Below, in pieces: positions 41,205-50,425 of a DNA stretch of 64,000 nt (position 1 is its first letter; each line of letters starts with the position of its first letter). This DNA is from Candidatus Thorarchaeota archaeon (GTDB lineage: Archaea; Asgardarchaeota; Thorarchaeia; Thorarchaeales; Thorarchaeaceae), in assembly GCA_019057475.1 (NCBI GenBank), contig DXJO01000020.1, forward strand, positions 32,001-96,000, in the 5' to 3' direction. The notes under the pieces are model-generated. The model saw nothing but the letters and a program-made list of their open reading frames with translations. It was not told where the DNA came from and searched no databases. The position numbers and the translations under genes were made by a program.

Positions 41205-41271
41205 GGGGCGGTAGTCTAGCCCGGCTATGATGTCTCGCTTACACCGAGAAGATCGCTGGTTCAAATCCGGC
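41205..41271 (+). pseudogene. 3'-truncated tRNA-Val(TAC)
   Basis: 60 nt identical to the next tRNA but different 5' acceptor strand (GGGGCGG) and no 3' strand or CCA. Confidence 0.85.
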
Positions 41272-41333
41272 ATTATGAGTATGCGAAATCTCACACAACG
41301 CTTTTAATCGGTCGTCAAACAAATTGTCGTCTA

Positions 41334-41411
41334 GGGCCGCTAGTCTAGCCCGGCTATGATGTCTCGCTTACACCGAGAAGATCGCTGGTTCAAATCCGGC
41401 GCGGCCCACCA
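41334..41411 (+). tRNA. tRNA-Val(TAC)
   Basis: GGGCCGC/GCGGCCC acceptor, TCTCG-CTTACAC-CGAGA, TTCAAAT, CCA. Confidence 0.95.
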
Positions 41412-41719
41412 TCTGATTTCTTCTCTGGATATATGGCAACAACGACTCTTTTCCTTTTCGTCTTCTCCTAACCAGCAGGTCCGCATAATTATCTCTGTTT
41501 TCCTATAACCATATCAAATGTTCATCTAATAAATATACGAGTCTTACATAACTTCTAGATGCATTCCAGCTAAATTAGACATATATTTGAAATATTAGCT
41601 TAATAACTTTATAACTCAATGTAGGGATTACTGTACGAGTTCATAACCAATTCTGATGACGGAAGTAGGAGTGAGCTCAACTGACCGAACAGGTCAGAAC
41701 TTTATATCTCGAAGGCGAC

Positions 41720-43405
41720 GTGACGATGGTTCATTCCAAGGGTGTGACAATCGCAGTTAAGGTTCCCATTAAGTGGGAATCAATGACCAAGAGAACTAAG
41801 CAGAGGCTTAGACAAATCGTCGGGCGTGACACCCGAGTCATTCGTGCCTTTCTTGGAGTAATTGAACAGCACGAAAATGAATTGTTGATGGGTCGCAGAT
41901 TGGAACGGATTAACGAAAGCAAACTGGATACACTCACGATAACTGCTGTCAAGGTCAAGCCGGGCTATAGTCAACGACTAAGTGTGCCTCATGACTTCAA
42001 GAAGCGCTTTCCAAGGATATCACACAATGAAATCCAGGAATGCAGACAGACCGCGGTGGCGCTTTATGAGAGCTACCTCGGGTTGAGGAGCAAGAGAGGA
42101 CGAAAGGCTTCAAAACCGTGCGCGGTCAACTCGACGAGGAGAATTCCACGCTGGGCTTTCTCTCAGAGATTCAAACTCTTTGAGAAGACAAATGCAACCT
42201 CTCGCTGGTGGCTCAATCTGCGGGATTCCTTTGACTCAATTCCTGAGGGCCGAAGAATTCATGATCGATTGACCGTTCCCCTGAGAATCTCGCCCTTTCA
42301 TCTGAACCAGTTCAAAAGGGGTGAAGTCAAGGCTCTACAGATATTCACTGATGACTCCAAAAAGTGGTGGGTGACCTTTGCTATACGTGTAGATACACCT
42401 GAACATCCTGACGAGTTTCTCCCACGTGCTGTTCTCGGCATCGATTTAGGAATTAAGAAGGCTGCATGTACTACGCTGGTAACTCCCACAAAGGTCAGAG
42501 AAACCCGCTACTTCAAGCAGAAGGATAAACAGGGTGTACTGCAAAAACTTGACCAGAGAATTTCTGACCTTCAGAGCAAGGCAGACACCCGATTCAATAG
42601 AGGTCAGAGCGCCGACATGGTGTTGGTGAAGACACGCGCACTCAAGCATAAACGAGAGAATGTTTCCAGAGAGTACGACCGCATACTCGTGAATCAGCTC
42701 ATGGAATACATCATTGGGCTGTCCAAGAAATACACTCTCTACATAGCCCTAGGTAGATTGAAGGGAATTCGTGGTGGTGCACGTCGAGGCAACTACAAGG
42801 GTCGCAAGTTCCGTGGAATGATTCACAGATGGACCTTTGCTAGAACCACCAACAGCCTCAAGCATCAGCTAGCACAGCTTGGTTGGCAGGTCGAGGGTAA
42901 GAATGCACATTTCAGGATTATTCCAGAGAACTGGACATCCATTATGTGTTGGAAGTGTGGTCGAAAGGGCAACCGTCCAAAGCAGAACCTGTTTGTGTGT
43001 TCGACCTGCGGCAACAAGTGCAATGCTGACAAGAATGGCTCCATTAACATCGCTGGACGACTAATTACGATCACAGAGTCACTTCATTCTGTGAGAGGAC
43101 TAGGTTTCTGGACATGTGCAATTGAAAGAGCACAAAGTTCGGGGCCGAAAGCCCGAAGGAAGACATGTTCTTCTCGAGGGAAGTCCTTACCCCCCAAAAG
43201 AGACAATGCATCTGGTCCAGGGGGGTCCGCGGCTGTTCACCAAGTTCAATCGGACCTTCTCAGCTTCGGCGACGAAACTGGGATGGGTGATAATGACCCC
43301 GCCGTGGAAAACACTGTGGTAAGACTCTCTGCTGCTGGAAGTGATGCTCCGGCAATAGGACAGGAGAAAGAAGCCAGGTCTGTGGGAGGGATTTCATTCC
43401 GATGA
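41720..43405 (+). CDS. tnpB: TnpB-family RNA-guided nuclease with rearranged RuvC and long C-terminal tail
   Basis: GIDLG (RuvC-I), IALG, IPENWTS, CWKC..CSTC Zn finger, NADKNGSINI (RuvC-III); no tnpA nearby. Confidence 0.88.
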   Translation: MTMVHSKGVTIAVKVPIKWESMTKRTKQRLRQIVGRDTRVIRAFLGVIEQHENELLMGRRLERINESKLDTLTITAVKVKPGYSQRLSVPHDFKKRFPRISHNEIQECRQTAVALYESYLGLRSKRGRKASKPCAVNSTRRIPRWAFSQRFKLFEKTNATSRWWLNLRDSFDSIPEGRRIHDRLTVPLRISPFHLNQFKRGEVKALQIFTDDSKKWWVTFAIRVDTPEHPDEFLPRAVLGIDLGIKKAACTTLVTPTKVRETRYFKQKDKQGVLQKLDQRISDLQSKADTRFNRGQSADMVLVKTRALKHKRENVSREYDRILVNQLMEYIIGLSKKYTLYIALGRLKGIRGGARRGNYKGRKFRGMIHRWTFARTTNSLKHQLAQLGWQVEGKNAHFRIIPENWTSIMCWKCGRKGNRPKQNLFVCSTCGNKCNADKNGSINIAGRLITITESLHSVRGLGFWTCAIERAQSSGPKARRKTCSSRGKSLPPKRDNASGPGGSAAVHQVQSDLLSFGDETGMGDNDPAVENTVVRLSAAGSDAPAIGQEKEARSVGGISFR

Positions 43406-43595
43406 AGGCAGACGAAGCTCCGACTAGGCCTTGGGTAGCGCCAAGGCTTGATGGCGACATCGAGTCGGGGAAGGGTGGAACACAGGAGTTTCCGAGGGTT
43501 GAGCTCACTCAACCTATGGGAACGGGTCAGCCGGCCCGCCCTATCATTTTCAGTCACTGCGATATGGGCGGCAGGTTTAGCTGATTGGGTTATGA
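43405..43595 (+). ncRNA. Putative omegaRNA-like structured RNA
   Basis: CTCCGACT/AGTCGGGG enclosing GCCTTGG/CCAAGGC and GATG-GCGA-CATC hairpins; TCAGC..CCGCCC/GGGCGG..GCTGA hairpin. Confidence 0.6.
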
Positions 43596-43787
43596 GTTGA
43601 TTGGAACCACCAAATTAGACCGATTCGTGAAGACATTCGCGGACTCAAGATACTTTGGTTGTCGAGAAGAGCATAATCTGTTTCCTTGGAGATAACAGTG
43701 CATCTGTCATTAATCACCAAAGCATTGAAGAGCCAATTCGCTAGCCCAAAGACTTGCGGTGAGTTCCTGCGGGTTTGACCATAGAAT

Positions 43788-43909
43788 GCGGGAGTAGCCA
43801 AGACTGGTCAAAGGCGGCGGACTTAAGATCGTATGAAGATATGGGGTCATTCGAATAAGATATCCGCTCCCGTAGGGGTCCGTGGGTTCAAGTCCCACCT
43901 CCCGCACCA
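43788..43909 (+). tRNA. tRNA-Leu(TAA) with intron 43828-43861
   Basis: GCGGGAG/CTCCCGC, GCGGA-CTTAAG|A-TCCGC, long variable arm, CCA. Confidence 0.92.
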
Positions 43910-43991
43910 ATCTCTCCAAAAGCAAGCACAAGATAGCTTCTGAGCGAAGATTTATGACTACGCCAATGGCGAAGAGCTGCGGAACTCATAG

Positions 43992-45356
43992 GTGAGGATT
44001 GCATTGACTCTGGACGACTCTGGTTATAGGGGCCTAGTTCTTGAGAAACTATCCGCTGCTGGCGCAAAAGTGGGTGACACAATCACAATCGACCATCAAG
44101 GACGAGAGTATGTAGGCATTCTCATGCCTCGTGCACAGGTTGGACGCGATCCTGACCATGTGGTGATAAAGCTCGTTTCCGGATACAACGTAGGCATTCG
44201 ATTGAATGAGTTGTCTGAAATTCACTCGATTAAATCGGGAAGGAAAAGAAAGCGGCCCGCAGAAAAGACTACATCCAAAGCACAATCCGATCTGCCTACT
44301 GTTTCAATCCTGAGTACTGGGGGTACGATTGCAAGCAAGGTAGACTATCAGACTGGTGCTGTCAATCCTGCATTGTCGGCACAGGATCTCTATGATACAG
44401 TTCCCGAGCTCAAGGATCATGCGAATATTCATGCTCGCATTGTAATGAGCGTTTTTTCAGAGAACATTCAACCTGCCGATTGGACGAAGATTGCTAGAAG
44501 TGTTTCATCTGAAATCAAGAAGAGCGTAGACGGAGTTGTCATTGCGCATGGCACAGATACGCTCGGAATCACTTCTGCTGCGCTTGCATTTGCACTTCAA
44601 GACCTTCCTGTCCCAGTCGTTCTTGTGGGCTCCCAACGGTCATCTGATAGACCGTCTTCTGATGCTGCTATGAACCTGATTAGAGCAACTGATTTCGTCG
44701 GGCACGCGAATGCTGCAGAAATAATGGTGGTAATGCACGGTCAAACAGATGATACATTCGCATATGCACACAGGGGAACTCGAGTGCGTAAATGCCACAC
44801 TAGCAGAAGGGATGCTTTCCAGTCAGTCAACTACAGTCCCTTATTCAAAATAGACGAAACGGGCATAGCTGAGCTGTCTGCTCCTCTTCTGCGACGAAAC
44901 CCCGATCGCAAACTCAAGATGAAGCCTAAGTTTGATGATCGAGTCACTATCGTGAACACTTCTCCAGGAATCAAACCTGATGTGATTGACTCGTACGTCG
45001 ATAGCGGATACAGAGGACTTGTACTGGCCGGAACTGGTCTTGGACATGCTCCTGAACACATTCATTCAGCACTGAAACGAGCCATAGATGCCGGCGTCAT
45101 TGTGGCCATGACAAGCCAATGCATCTGGGGACGCGTCAATATGAACGTATATCGACCAGGCGTGGAGATGCTCGAAATGGGCGTCATACCATGCGAAAAT
45201 ATGCTCACCGAAACTGCGACTGTAAAGCTAATGTGGCTTCTTGCAAACACGAAGACTGTGGAGAAGGCACATGCTGCAATGTCTGAGTGCATCGTTGGCG
45301 AGATAAGCATGCGAACTGAACAGTCCGAGTATCGAATACAGTCGGAGGCCTGTTGA
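43992..45356 (+). CDS. gatD: Glu-tRNA(Gln) amidotransferase subunit D
   Basis: KLVSGYNVG, TGGTIAS, HGTDT, SQRSSDRPSSD. Confidence 0.96.
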   Translation: MRIALTLDDSGYRGLVLEKLSAAGAKVGDTITIDHQGREYVGILMPRAQVGRDPDHVVIKLVSGYNVGIRLNELSEIHSIKSGRKRKRPAEKTTSKAQSDLPTVSILSTGGTIASKVDYQTGAVNPALSAQDLYDTVPELKDHANIHARIVMSVFSENIQPADWTKIARSVSSEIKKSVDGVVIAHGTDTLGITSAALAFALQDLPVPVVLVGSQRSSDRPSSDAAMNLIRATDFVGHANAAEIMVVMHGQTDDTFAYAHRGTRVRKCHTSRRDAFQSVNYSPLFKIDETGIAELSAPLLRRNPDRKLKMKPKFDDRVTIVNTSPGIKPDVIDSYVDSGYRGLVLAGTGLGHAPEHIHSALKRAIDAGVIVAMTSQCIWGRVNMNVYRPGVEMLEMGVIPCENMLTETATVKLMWLLANTKTVEKAHAAMSECIVGEISMRTEQSEYRIQSEAC

Positions 45357-47282
45357 GTGAGCGACGAGGGTCGCTTTAGAAAAATCGGCTTAATGGTGGG
45401 ACTAGAACTTCATCAGCAACTCAATACATCTCGCAAGCTCTTTTGCCACTGCCCGACAGTGATTCGCGACGACAAGCCTGACGGCGGGTTTGTGAGAAGG
45501 CTCAGACCCACACAGAGCGAAATGGGTGCGGTTGATCCCGCAGCACTTTTTGAGTTTCAGAGGAAGAAGAAATTCTATTACGAGTATTACAATGATACAA
45601 CATGCTTGGTTGAAGCTGACGAGGAGCCTCCTCACAATCTGTGTGAAGAGTCCATCGATGTTGCTCTTACAATGGCTACCTTCCTAGGTTCATCTCCATT
45701 AGATGAGATACACGCAATGAGGAAAATCGTGATAGATGGTAGCAACACAACTGGCTTTCAACGCACAGCCATTATTGCCATGGGTGGCAAGATTTTGGTG
45801 GGGACCAAAGAAATCGGCATACTAGCAATCAGCCTTGAAGAGGATGCGGCCCGCAAAATCGCAGATGATGACAAAGAGAACATGAAGATGTATCGACTGG
45901 ATAGACTAGGCATTCCTCTGATTGAAATCGCAACAGCTCCTGACATCGAAACTCCCTCCCAAGCTCAAGAAACGGCTTTGGCGATTGGTCTGCTTTTGAG
46001 GTCCACCGGGAAGGTAAAGCGTGGACTTGGCACAATCCGTCAAGACGTTAACGTGTCCATCAAGGGAGGGGCTATTATCGAGATTAAGGGATTTCAGCAA
46101 CTCGACATGCTATCCACTCTTGTCGAACTAGAAGCCCTTCGGCAGGAGCGCTTGTTGGAGATACGTGACGCCCTACATGAGAGGAATATCTCTCCTAAGC
46201 AGATTAGCAGCGAACCGACAGATATCAGCGATATCTTCGCAGGATCAAGCTCCAAGATGATCAAGAAGGCGTTGAAGGCAGGCCACGCAATCTACGGGGT
46301 GCGGCTTCCAGGCTTTGCAGGTCTAGTTGGACGTGAAGTGCAACCTGAGCGCAGGCTTGGCACAGAACTATCAGATTATGCCAAGTTTTGGGGCGACGTA
46401 GGAGGCATCTTTCACACAGACGAACTGCCAGGATATGGAATATCCGCACAAGAAGTAGCCCAACTAAGAGAAGCCGTAAGCGCAGGTTCACAAGATGCCG
46501 TGGTAATAGTTGCAGCCCCGATGGGCAAGTGCGTGGATGCGCTTGAGGCGGTCGTCCGGCGAGCACGTGAGGCGATTGAGGGTGTGCCAGCTGAAACCCG
46601 AACTCCACTGCCTAATGGAACGACGAAGTATGCGCGCCCTCGCCCTGGTGCAGAAAGAATGTATCCGGAAACCGACGTGAGACCGGTGAAAATAACGCCG
46701 TCCCGTTTGAAACGGATTAGGAAAAACTTGCCTGAAACCCTGGATAGCAAAGAGAAGCGATTTGTCAAGGACTACGGTCTCAGCAAGGACCTTGCGTCAC
46801 AGATGGTACGTTCTCTGAACCTATTACTCTTTGAGCAAATCATGAGCGAGATGGAAGTCCCTGCAACACTTTTGGCAGTAACACTGGAGAATACAGTTGT
46901 AAGTCTTCATCGCGATGGCGTTCCTATTGAACGATTGGAGGATAATCACTTCCGGCAGCTCTTCGAATGTGTCACTAAGACTGAAGTTTCTCCAGATGCA
47001 ATCCCTGCAATTCTGACACATCTTGCGAATAATCCCACTTCTGGGATTCAAGATGCGCTGGATGCAACAGACCTTGGCAAAATAGATACTACCGAGATCG
47101 AGAACGTGGTTCGAGAGATAGTGGAGGACCGAATTGACTTCGTACGTGAACAAGGAGAGAGAGCACTCGGTGGTCTCATGGGTGTTGCAATGAAGCGGCT
47201 AAGAGGAAGGGCCGACGGGAAAGTTATCAAGAAGCATCTTGCAGCTGAGATTCAGCGAGTTCTTACATCCACTGAAGAATAG
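45357..47282 (+). CDS. gatE: Glu-tRNA(Gln) amidotransferase subunit E
   Basis: GLELHQQL, IDGSNTTGFQRT, RMYPETD. Confidence 0.96.
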   Translation: MSDEGRFRKIGLMVGLELHQQLNTSRKLFCHCPTVIRDDKPDGGFVRRLRPTQSEMGAVDPAALFEFQRKKKFYYEYYNDTTCLVEADEEPPHNLCEESIDVALTMATFLGSSPLDEIHAMRKIVIDGSNTTGFQRTAIIAMGGKILVGTKEIGILAISLEEDAARKIADDDKENMKMYRLDRLGIPLIEIATAPDIETPSQAQETALAIGLLLRSTGKVKRGLGTIRQDVNVSIKGGAIIEIKGFQQLDMLSTLVELEALRQERLLEIRDALHERNISPKQISSEPTDISDIFAGSSSKMIKKALKAGHAIYGVRLPGFAGLVGREVQPERRLGTELSDYAKFWGDVGGIFHTDELPGYGISAQEVAQLREAVSAGSQDAVVIVAAPMGKCVDALEAVVRRAREAIEGVPAETRTPLPNGTTKYARPRPGAERMYPETDVRPVKITPSRLKRIRKNLPETLDSKEKRFVKDYGLSKDLASQMVRSLNLLLFEQIMSEMEVPATLLAVTLENTVVSLHRDGVPIERLEDNHFRQLFECVTKTEVSPDAIPAILTHLANNPTSGIQDALDATDLGKIDTTEIENVVREIVEDRIDFVREQGERALGGLMGVAMKRLRGRADGKVIKKHLAAEIQRVLTSTEE

Positions 47283-47325
47283 TTTTAAGAGCCTATACCA
47301 TCGGCCCGTCTTACTTGAATCACGT

Positions 47326-47468
47326 GCCGCGGTGGCCTAGCCTGGTTAGGGCGCGAGACTCATAATCTTGCTGGATCTTTCCGGTCAAAATCATGGGGTC
47401 ATTGTCTCAAGCCTGGCCCGAGATGAGAAATCTCGAAGTCGAGGGCTCGAATCCCTCCCGCGGCACCA
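47326..47468 (+). tRNA. tRNA-Met(CAT), elongator-type, with intron 47365-47429
   Basis: GCCGCGG/CCGCGGC, CGAGA-CTCATA|A-TCTCG, CCA. Confidence 0.9.
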
Positions 47469-47560
47469 CCACTTACTGCGGCTTTGCAGGTATGTTTTTG
47501 TGTGTACTTAGTTTCTCGGTAAAGCTGAGGTCCGTACTGCGAAAAGAGAGGTTACTTCAA

Positions 47561-48766
47561 ATGAAACTCCCTTTCAAGACCCTTGATGACGTTAAAACCG
47601 AAGGAAAGCGTGTTTTGGTTCGTGTCGACATAAACTGCTCTGTTGACCCCGATACTAAGAAGATAACCGACGATTCCAGAATAGATGCGATTGTTCCCAC
47701 ACTCAAAGAATTGTCCAAAAGCAAGGTTGTGTTGATGGCACACCAAGGCCGTCCGGGCAGTAGCGACTTCATATCGCTTGAACAACATGCAACTATTCTC
47801 AAGAACTTAGGTTTCAACGTCAGCTTTGTGGATGACATATTCGGAGAGAGAGCCAAGGCGGCCATAGAGAAGATGCAGGTGGGAGAGATACTTGTTCTCC
47901 AAAACGTGAGGATGTTTGAGGGTGAACTGAAGAAGGCACCACCAGACGAAGTTGCAAAAGAGGCAATTGTCCAAGAGCTTTACCCCTTGTTTGATCTGTT
48001 TGTCAATGATGCGTTTGGTGCAGCACACAGGTCTCAAGCATCCCTTGTCGGTTTCACAACAGTACTGCCTTCAGTTGCAGGTCGGCTTGTCGAGAAGGAG
48101 ATTCGGATACTGACCGATGCCACGGCTATAGAGAAACATCCTTGGATTCTCGTATTCGGGGGGGCTAAGGTGGCTGATAAGGTGAAGACTCTAGGCAAGC
48201 TATTGGCCACTGGACGAGTAGACAAGGCACTACTAGGAGGCCTTCTTGGACAGCTGTTCTTGATTGCAAAGACCTTGATTCCTACCGAATACTCTGCTCC
48301 TATCAAGGGTTTCGAATCAGCAGTGGAAACAGCAAAAGAACTCCTAGAGAAATATCCCGACATACTAGTTCTCCCAGCGGATGCAGCTGTCGAGCGGGAC
48401 GGCAAGCGCGTGGAGTGTGCGTTCAATAAGATGGACAGTGATCCATTCCTTGACATAGGTCCGTCCACAGCCAGTGAGTACATGCGTATGATAAGTGGAG
48501 CTGCAGTGGTGTTTGCCAATGGTCCGATGGGCTACTTTGAGAAAAAGCCCTTTGCCAAGGGCACAAACAGTATTCTAGAAGCAATCGCTGAGTGTGAAGG
48601 TGTTACAGTTGTCGGGGGTGGGCACATGGGAGCCATGGCAATAAACGAGGGCTTTGCAGACAGGATTTCACACATCAGTACAGGCGGTGGAGCTACAATC
48701 AACTTCCTGACAGGGAAAAAGTTAGATCTCGTGGTTGCGCTTGAAGAAGCCGCACGGAGGATGTGA
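47561..48766 (+). CDS. pgk: Phosphoglycerate kinase
   Basis: RVDIN, AHQGRPG, NDAFGAAHR, NGPMG, STGGGA. Confidence 0.96.
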   Translation: MKLPFKTLDDVKTEGKRVLVRVDINCSVDPDTKKITDDSRIDAIVPTLKELSKSKVVLMAHQGRPGSSDFISLEQHATILKNLGFNVSFVDDIFGERAKAAIEKMQVGEILVLQNVRMFEGELKKAPPDEVAKEAIVQELYPLFDLFVNDAFGAAHRSQASLVGFTTVLPSVAGRLVEKEIRILTDATAIEKHPWILVFGGAKVADKVKTLGKLLATGRVDKALLGGLLGQLFLIAKTLIPTEYSAPIKGFESAVETAKELLEKYPDILVLPADAAVERDGKRVECAFNKMDSDPFLDIGPSTASEYMRMISGAAVVFANGPMGYFEKKPFAKGTNSILEAIAECEGVTVVGGGHMGAMAINEGFADRISHISTGGGATINFLTGKKLDLVVALEEAARRM

Positions 48767-49079
48767 TAGCCATGCAGTTGCTGGAATTTCACATATTCTT
48801 TTCATCTACTTGGCTTTTGTGAACGTCCTTGCTTTCATCCTTATGTATCATGATAAGAGAAAGGCTAAGAAGAAAGAGTGGCGTGTCGCAAAGGCCACGC
48901 TTCTACTGCTATCATTCATTGGTGGCGCTTTGGGTCTATTCGTTGCGATGTTCAAGTTTCGGCACAAGACTTTGAAAAGATTATTTCGGGCAGTTGCCAT
49001 CATTAGTCTTATCGTTTCCCTAATGATCTACTGGATTGCTTTTAGAATACTGACATTTGGTCCAGTGCCAATAGTGTAA
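48735..49079 (+). CDS. DUF1294-family membrane protein (start uncertain)
   Basis: DKRKA..WRV..GG..G..FRHKT. Confidence 0.8.
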   Translation: MRLKKPHGGCDSHAVAGISHILFIYLAFVNVLAFILMYHDKRKAKKKEWRVAKATLLLLSFIGGALGLFVAMFKFRHKTLKRLFRAVAIISLIVSLMIYWIAFRILTFGPVPIV

Positions 49080-49445
49080 GCTATTCGACTGAACCAATAG
49101 AGTGAAGGTACGCGCAGAAAGAAGCAGTGCAGCCGGAGCAAGAAATGTTGTTGAGGGCACATTGCTGTACCCTCATGATTTCAAGGGTTTACCAGGGCTC
49201 TGGACGGGGACGTGAAGGTTCGTTCATACACTCGGATGCTAACCATACCCAATTACGGGCACTGTAACACAATCGCGAAATCCTAGTTTCTTTCTATCAC
49301 AAGACCGCGCATTAGTGTCGTTCTCTGTTTCAATTTGCTATGTCCTTATATCGCGAATTTCGAGTACATTAATGGCCAATCAACAAATCAATCTGTAGCA
49401 CAAAGTAATGCCAGTTCTGAAAGAGAAAAAAAGGAAAATTGAAAA

Positions 49446-49521
49446 TGGAGCCCCGGGCGAGATTCGAACTCGCGACCTGCTGATTACAAGTCAGCCGCTA
49501 TAGCCCCTAAGCCACCGAGGC
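49446..49521 (-). tRNA. tRNA-Thr(TGT)
   Basis: rc GCCTCGG..GCTGA-CTTGTAA-TCAGC..TTCGAAT..CCA. Confidence 0.93.
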
Positions 49522-49609
49522 TTCCTAAGTGAATCGAGCAGCATATTGGCTTTAAAAGCTGCTCTTCAAGACTTCTTCAACTGCGCGTTTCCGACGGCAG
49601 TAGCGGTTA

Positions 49610-50161
49610 CTACTTGTCATGATAGACATTGTCAATGATAACAGCGTAGGCTAGCAGCATCAATCGGTCAACATCCGGATCCACTACGTGAATCACATAC
49701 CTGTCCTTGAAGTTGAACGCAGGTGCAAACACATCGCGCCATTTGTCTGATTTTTTGATGGTAGCATACACTTTCTTCTTATCCTTCGGATGACGGATCT
49801 CGAAATTCCACTTCGTAATTCCACCTTGGGCTTTGAATATGAGATTGTCTTGGGGGTCATACATATCCACCGACCCCCTAAAGGCAATCAATGGTTTTTT
49901 CGCACGACCTATGAGCTGTCCGTCTGGGGTTTTTACATCATAGATTGGCCGCACTGCGGCTAGCTTCTTGCTAATAATACAGACTGGCGTTTCATCAACA
50001 TTTCGCAGCTCGATATCTGCACGTAATGATATTATCTTCCTCTTCATGATACCGATTTTATTTCCGTCTGTATCGAGAATTTCCCCACCACCGAATTTCC
50101 AGGTTTTTTCATGCATTACATAGTGAGTAATCGCAGGGTCTAACAAGTTCATCTTCCACAC
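49610..50161 (-). CDS. LURP-one/scramblase/tubby-C-like protein
   Basis: Repeated I.D.DG..IG beta units, DRYVIHV..LLAYAVIID. Confidence 0.8.
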   Translation of the reverse strand: MWKMNLLDPAITHYVMHEKTWKFGGGEILDTDGNKIGIMKRKIISLRADIELRNVDETPVCIISKKLAAVRPIYDVKTPDGQLIGRAKKPLIAFRGSVDMYDPQDNLIFKAQGGITKWNFEIRHPKDKKKVYATIKKSDKWRDVFAPAFNFKDRYVIHVVDPDVDRLMLLAYAVIIDNVYHDK

Positions 50162-50425
50162 ACTCCCTTGAGATATTCTTACGCAACCTATTAAGCGAAT
50201 TTCGGCTAGAATGAGGAATCAATGACACGTCCACAAGCACGCTCAGGTGGTGCATTCCATCACGCACATGTTTATGTGCCATTGAGCGCATTTAATCTTC
50301 AGAAGTCCGACCTTAGCACAAAGTCCCATATCACACGCGGGTCATACAAAGGCTAAATGCTACGGGAAAGCTCAAATAGCATACAGGATTTTGTCAAAGG
50401 ACGACATACAACTAGGTGATACCAA

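Noticed and set aside
41653-41700. Hammerhead ribozyme (CTGATGA)
   Set aside because: No stem II plus GAAA or stem III found
41666-43516. Bulge-helix-bulge splice site excising the tnpB ORF
   Set aside because: Only one 3-nt bulge, on the wrong side of the 4-bp helix
41400-43790. CRISPR array near the Cas12f/TnpB-like gene
   Set aside because: No regularly spaced direct repeats seen here or elsewhere in the window
47393-47560. N-terminal extension of PGK in the ORF track
   Set aside because: Overlaps tRNA-Met; homology starts at 47561
49080-49440. Riboswitch, SRP RNA or RNase P RNA in a 360-bp gap
   Set aside because: No diagnostic motifs recognised
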